This document shows positions 58,447 to 64,000 of a DNA stretch of 64,000 bases, piece by piece. Position numbers and translations under genes: made by a program. The notes under the pieces were generated by a model. It did no database searches, had not been told where the DNA came from, and worked only from the letters and a program-made list of their open reading frames with translations. The number at the start of each line of letters is the position of its first letter. The stretch's first letter is position 1. This stretch comes from Schmidtea nova (Eukaryota), in NCBI GenBank assembly GCA_044892505.1, contig CM097882.1, forward strand, positions 542,190,001 to 542,254,000, written 5' to 3'.

Positions 58447-59734
58447 GTAAGTTTCAATTTAAATATATGCTTATTTTGATTTAATTCTTTGTTATTTTTT
58501 AAAAATAAATAAATTTTTAATATAAATATCCTGCGTTAAATAAAATTATTTATTAGATAATTAATCGTTTCAACTATCGTTCCTTCATTCTCTCGTCTTC
58601 ACTAATTTTCACTTCATGAACTCGCGTTTCCATCGTCACTACCTTTACTGATCTCGCGTTCTCTTTACCTTTAATAATTCATATAGGTTCCTGATGTAAT
58701 GTTTTAGTTAACTCATAGTTCTTATTTTATCATTTTCGAACACTACTCTTTAAGAAAAATACTTTTCTATCATCTTTTTCTGTTTACAACATCTCTCATT
58801 TTTATGTAGTATATATATAAAGAAAACTTGTTCCCGATATTTAAATACGAACAAAAAACAAAAAAATTAATAATTCTTTAGGGAAATAAATTTTATAATA
58901 ACAATCTTGCGCATGAACCTTCGATATCGCGTTGACAGTTCAAGATAATTTACTCCAAACTCGTGATCTCACTCTGACTACCTGCATCGCAACTAACTTG
59001 GATACCACAGCGAGTTAGCAACTCGGAAGAAGAATAAAATATAAGATTAAAAAATTAATTTTAATGTATCTAATCATTTTATTTATCGATCTAGAACACA
59101 TTGATCTATCCTTTCTCAAATTTGTATTTTTATCATGTAAACAAAAGACAACCAGGGCATGGGCCGGTGCCGAATAAAATTTAATCAGGACGAGCAAATC
59201 ATTAAACTGACATACCTTGTATGCACAGAATGATGCCGTCCCTCCAAAAATATAAACAGCGATGGACCTCAAATGTTCTGTTTCTCAACCGTAGAGTCTC
59301 ATTCCTTTGAAGATAAGTATTTTCAAAATTTCCAGAAAGAACCTTGATTATTAGTAAAAATTTCTCAAATTCTCAAAAAAAGTGTTAAAAATAATAGAAA
59401 ATTGTATTTCTATTTATACCATTATCAGATCATTTAATTTAATTGATGCAGTAAAATAAACGTTTCTAGAATGATCTTTCTGTTTAATTTAATTTAATTT
59501 AAAAATTTTATTTTTACTAAAATAAGTTTATATTTATACATACAAATTTATCAATTACTTTAATTAATTTAATTTTTATCAAAATTTTATATTTTTCATA
59601 AATTTTAGCTACTTTTATTTTAATTTTTTCAATTTACTTTTTCATTTTCACATTTATACTATTCAAATTAAGATAATTAATTATAAAATTTTATGAATTT
59701 TTATATTTATTTTTATCTTTAATGCGTTTTTTGA

Positions 59735-59975
59735 TAATTTGTTTTGTTTGTGTTTTTTCGTGGTTCCTTCTTGCTCTTGTTCAATTTAAATTTTGCTATT
59801 GTTTTAATTCATTTTTCCTGTGCTTCTAATATTTTTGTTTATTTGGTGTTTGCTCAAATATTTTAGTATACTTCTTGCGTGGTCGCTACATGCTATATCC
59901 GCGCTCGCTTCTGAATTAATGGGATTTAGTTTTTGCCCAACATTATTGTAAACTTTTAATTTTTAGATTGTCACA
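59735..59975 (-). repeat. LTR-like repeat 5' fragment (copy F), begins TGTGAC
   Basis: rc aligns closely with 85-310 (tgttgggcaaaaact; aaacaccaa.taaacaaaa; attagaagcacaggaaaaa). Confidence 0.8.
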
Positions 59976-60599
59976 TATAATAGTTATTTGCTGTGTATTA
60001 TTTTGTTTATTATTTTGATTCAGCTGGAATGTCTTAAAAGTGACTTAAAGTTCAGGTCTTTATTCATACTCATTACCGGAAGTTTTTACAATTTAATTGA
60101 ATATTTTATAAAGATAAAATGTCAGAAGTTAAAATATTCAATTTTATGTAGTTACATATAAAAACTTCCATCACGATTGCTAAAGTAAAATTTTCGACAT
60201 AATCTTTTATATATCTTTAAATAGAAATCTCTATTTTTATTATGTACTCAATTAATTAGAATGACTTATAATTTGTACATTTTAATTAATAAATACTTTT
60301 AAATTTTTATTTTTTTTAAAGTTTGTTTAAAAATAGAATACCAAAAGTTAAATGATAAATCGTTTAACGTGTAGCCCTGTTCACTTTTGCTTGTAAAAGA
60401 ACTTTAAAAGTGCCAAATATCACTTCACTTGTAATAAAACATTAATTTTCTCAAATCTCAATCATTTAATCATCGATAATTTAAATAATTTTTAAAAGAT
60501 TTGGAAAGTGAATATAGTGATATTATTTATAACAAAGTACGTTAGTTGATCTATGCTAAAAAGAATATATATCTTAAAAATGATATTCAATTGTTTGTG

Positions 60600-61030
60600 G
60601 AAAAGAATGGATGTGCCATTTTGCCTTTCTCGTTGATATAATTTGTCATCTGAATGACTCAGATATAGAACTTCAAGGAAAAAACAAGTTTATACATAAC
60701 ATGTTTTATAAACTTAAAGCTTTTGAAAGGAAACTCAAATATTAAAACAAAATTCTGTTGACAAGCACGTCGTATTTTCCATATTTAAGGAAGAAAAACT
60801 CTTTCAGAAACACGAAAATATGCAAAACAAATATAAGAATTAATAACCGAATTTGAATCTCTATTTAAAATATTTAGATCTGAAAAATGTTCTTAGTTTT
60901 AACATTTTTTCCTTGACATTTAATATAGACGTCGAAAACAGTTCTGGATAAGTTACAAATGAAATAGATTGATTTACAAAACAACACTTATTTGCGAAAT
61001 AAATTTTAGAATGTGGACATTCAAAAGTTT
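60600..61030 (+). pseudogene. Degraded Buster-type hAT transposase fragment
   Basis: WMCHFAFLVDIICHLND..LQGKNK..KLKAFERKL is homologous to WLWKLAIFADVVTHVNNL..LQGKNN at about 53220-53340. Confidence 0.75.
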
Positions 61031-61330
61031 TATCAAAATTACATTATTTTGTTGAGCAAAAACTGAGCGAAACTGATTTTTGTTTCAAGTGAACAATAAT
61101 ACCACATGTAGAGACCGTGCAAGAAATATATTCAAATAATTGAGAAAATAACAAGTAAATAAAAGTAAGAAAAAAAATAATAGAAAAAAAATAATTTAAA
61201 AAAAGTAAAAGTTCACCTGAAAAAGAAGCAATAAGTAAACTCGAAGAAATATAAATATAACAAATTAACAATAAAATAGGTAAATTCAAAGAATTTTATA
61301 AATAATTATTTTAATTTTAATAGTTTAAAT

Positions 61331-62603
61331 CAGGGGTCTCAAACTCCAAATCTAACGTGGGCCGTGTGTGACTAAAAGCATAACCACAGGGGCCGCACTA
61401 CTTAAAATTTTTTAAACACTATTCTTCTATGGGTTAAAAAATTTTTAAATACGCAAATTATTATTAATAAAACAAATGAAAAATTTTAAAGAATAAATAA
61501 ACTGTTTTCAATAATATTATTAGAATTACGTAGTGAAGCTTTTATTGAGTTGTAAGCAGACGCAATCGTTCAAATAAAAGTAATTTAAAAGAAAGTTCTA
61601 AATTTTAAAGCTAATGTTGAGGTCTCAAATATGTGTATTTGAAATCTCAACTAGGGGTGGTGGTTCCTATATAAATAACTAAGACAATAAACGTTTGTTA
61701 ATAAGATTTATTTAATAACAAAATTATTACCAAAAAATTGTATACAGATAAATGTTTTACACTGTCACACTTTAGCTTCAAAGTTCAAATTTTATATGTT
61801 TTTGACCAACTGGTCGATTTTAAAAGCTCTACAGGATTTGTACCTGAGAGAGCAAAATTTAATCGCAAAAATTTTTACTTGATTTTATGGCAATTTGACT
61901 AAATTGTTATTGCCTTATATACTGAAATTTGTGCTGACATTGATTTTTATTAAAATTGTTTTATTTAAAAGTAAATTCCGTTTGTAAAGTTCACCTGGAA
62001 AATTAAATCGATTTATGCCACGACATTTAATAAATTTTGTTTGCGAAAAATTAATTTACAAAAATAATAAAATTTAACTAATAATAAAATAAAATTTTAA
62101 ACTACAAAATTTTCCATAATTCAATAATAATAAAATAACAGTTTCGATTGTTTGTGGGAGTAAAATAAAATTCACTAATTAGTCAGATTATGATCACAAA
62201 GATAGGGTTGTAAATTGTTAGACAATGATTTAAATGATGATCACAAATGAAGGATTGTGAATTGTTAGACAGGTTTTGAGTTTGATTGATGACAGACAAT
62301 AGTTAATGATTGATCTCAGAGTTATAGTTATTTTTTGAAAGGGATTTCGGACGATTGGGACGGACAGTTGATACTTTGAATGATTGAGATTGAGATAACT
62401 GAGATTTGATCGGCGGTTACTTTTCTAGATATATATTTATTCGGTATCTATTGTTGCCAATATGATAATATTTATTGATTTTGAATGCTTCTATGAGTCT
62501 TCCCTCGTCATCCAACACTAATCATGATTTTAATTGTTATAAAAGTTTGGTTAAATTACAAAATCCATGTGCTTCGTTTCGGGCCGCGTGTTTGAGACTC
62601 CTG
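61331..62603. mobile_element. Non-autonomous Buster-type hAT element, 1273 bp
   Basis: 14-bp TIR CAGGGGTCTCAAAC / GTTTGAGACTCCTG with 1 mismatch. 8-bp TSD GTTTAAAT / GTATAAAT. Confidence 0.88.
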
Positions 62604-62610
62604 GTATAAA

Positions 62611-64000
62611 TGATAACAAACCAAAAGAAAATAGTAAGAATAAAATTTAAATTATATTAGTAAAAATTAGTGGTGTTGAGCTGGTAGAATCAAAAATAAA
62701 TTTTGTTTAAATTCATCGAAAATTAAATGTAAACAAAACGAAACGAAGTCAAAGCGCATGATAGAGAGTTAGACAAAAAAATAACACAAAAGAATATAAA
62801 ATATTAAAGTACAAATAATACTCATATGAACCACATTTCATAAGTTGGTCAAGATAAGGATGAAACGATAGAAAATAAGCATTTCAGAAGAGAGCCCACA
62901 ATTTGAGTGCAGGTTGGATTTACATACAAAAGACCGCACGAGAATTAAATTGGGAAGATCATTACTTGTATATTGAATACGAAAAAGTATGATCAAAGAA
63001 TAAAATTTGTATCAAAAATAAAGAGAACAATTTTTTAAAAATTGTATAAAAAATTCCCATTGAAATATGTTAAAAACAATAGAGATAGGAAGGAAAATAG
63101 AATTGAAATTAAATTTGATTATTTTAGTCATTCAATTAAGGCCCGCAGAAAGTAAATACATACACAATTTAGTGGAATTAAAAATAAATGTTTAGAAAAT
63201 AAATAAATAAACTATAAAATTAAATTTAAGGAAAATAAATAAATTAAATATTAAATTAAATATATAAATTAAATTGTAAATGTCCTTGTTTAATGAACAG
63301 AATGTGTGGGCTTTATTTAAAATCAATATAAACAGACTGAAAAAAATCATAACTACACACTTTTTTAGAAACACATTTTTTCCACCATAAATTTCACGGA
63401 TAGACCATTGTATCAGCCACCACCAGTGGCAATGGAATTTATTCAGTGGAGCAAATGGAACGTAGGTAAACATTATGATGCTAATTATTAAGCTGTGATT
63501 TGCAATTTGTTATTTAATGAGCATTTCTATTTATTGAGCAAAATGTGTAAGCTTAACACTAAAACAGTATAAATAGACGCTGAAAAATAATAATTTATAA
63601 CGTTTAACCGTTACTTTTGTGGACAGACAATTTAACTTTAACTTTTGCGATAATCACTTTGTCAGCCAACATCAGTTAATTGAATTAATTCACTCTAGTG
63701 GAACATTTTAGTGAATTGCGAACATGAACTAACAAGTATGTTAATGTGTTTTATGCTTTGTTGTATATATTGTAATTACTAAGTTTTGACAATAAATATT
63801 TGAAATATGATTATTTTTGCTCTGTCTTTATTTCATTGTCCCGAATTAAATTAATTTAGGCGGAGCTCTGCTGGCTCATAGGCCACAAGTTCCCGATCAC
63901 TGGAGATTCTTGAACCGAATAGTCGGGTGAAGTCTTCTAAACAATGTCATATTAAATTACATAAATTGGTTAGAGTAAAGGAGATTAATGGGTATGTGCA
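62611..64000 (+). repeat. LTR-like long dispersed repeat, copy C (runs off window)
   Basis: Collinear with copy A (gagagcccacaatttgagtgcagg, cagtataaatagacgctgaaaa, aataaatatttgaaa). Confidence 0.7.

Noticed and set aside
59015-59345. Minus-strand ORF/exon candidates with donor CAAG|GTATG
   Set aside because: No consistent stop-free exon chain or recognisable homology could be built by hand.

Overview
Very AT-rich nuclear DNA from an animal, dominated by decayed and nested transposable elements. Only one intact host gene can be supported: NDUFS3 (mitochondrial complex I 30-kDa/NuoC subunit) on the + strand. It has five exons (15621-15657, 15709-15792, 15881-16128, 17374-17619, 50262-50456; 269 aa), and its last exon lies behind a 32,642-bp intron. 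That intron holds Penelope-like, hAT, piggyBac, Ty3/gypsy, Mutator, Tigger and mariner remnants, two tandem arrays, and an antisense TRAF-family pseudogene whose coiled-coil exon/intron unit is tandemly amplified four times. The best-delimited elements are a Ty3/gypsy element with non-canonical TA...TA LTR termini (26016-30525), a Buster-type hAT (51552-54907), a piggyBac carrying a gag fragment (23227-25817), a pogo derivative (11932-12845) and several MITEs with TSDs. Other items are a 129-bp near-perfect palindrome, degenerate hammerhead-like motifs next to Penelope GIY-YIG remnants, and five copies of a roughly 1.6-kb LTR-like repeat. The mix of about 50-bp and giant introns, low GC and a TRAF relic would fit a planarian-like flatworm, but this is inference only. 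No rRNA, tRNA or CRISPR feature was found. All alignments were done by eye, so boundaries marked approximate are not exact.
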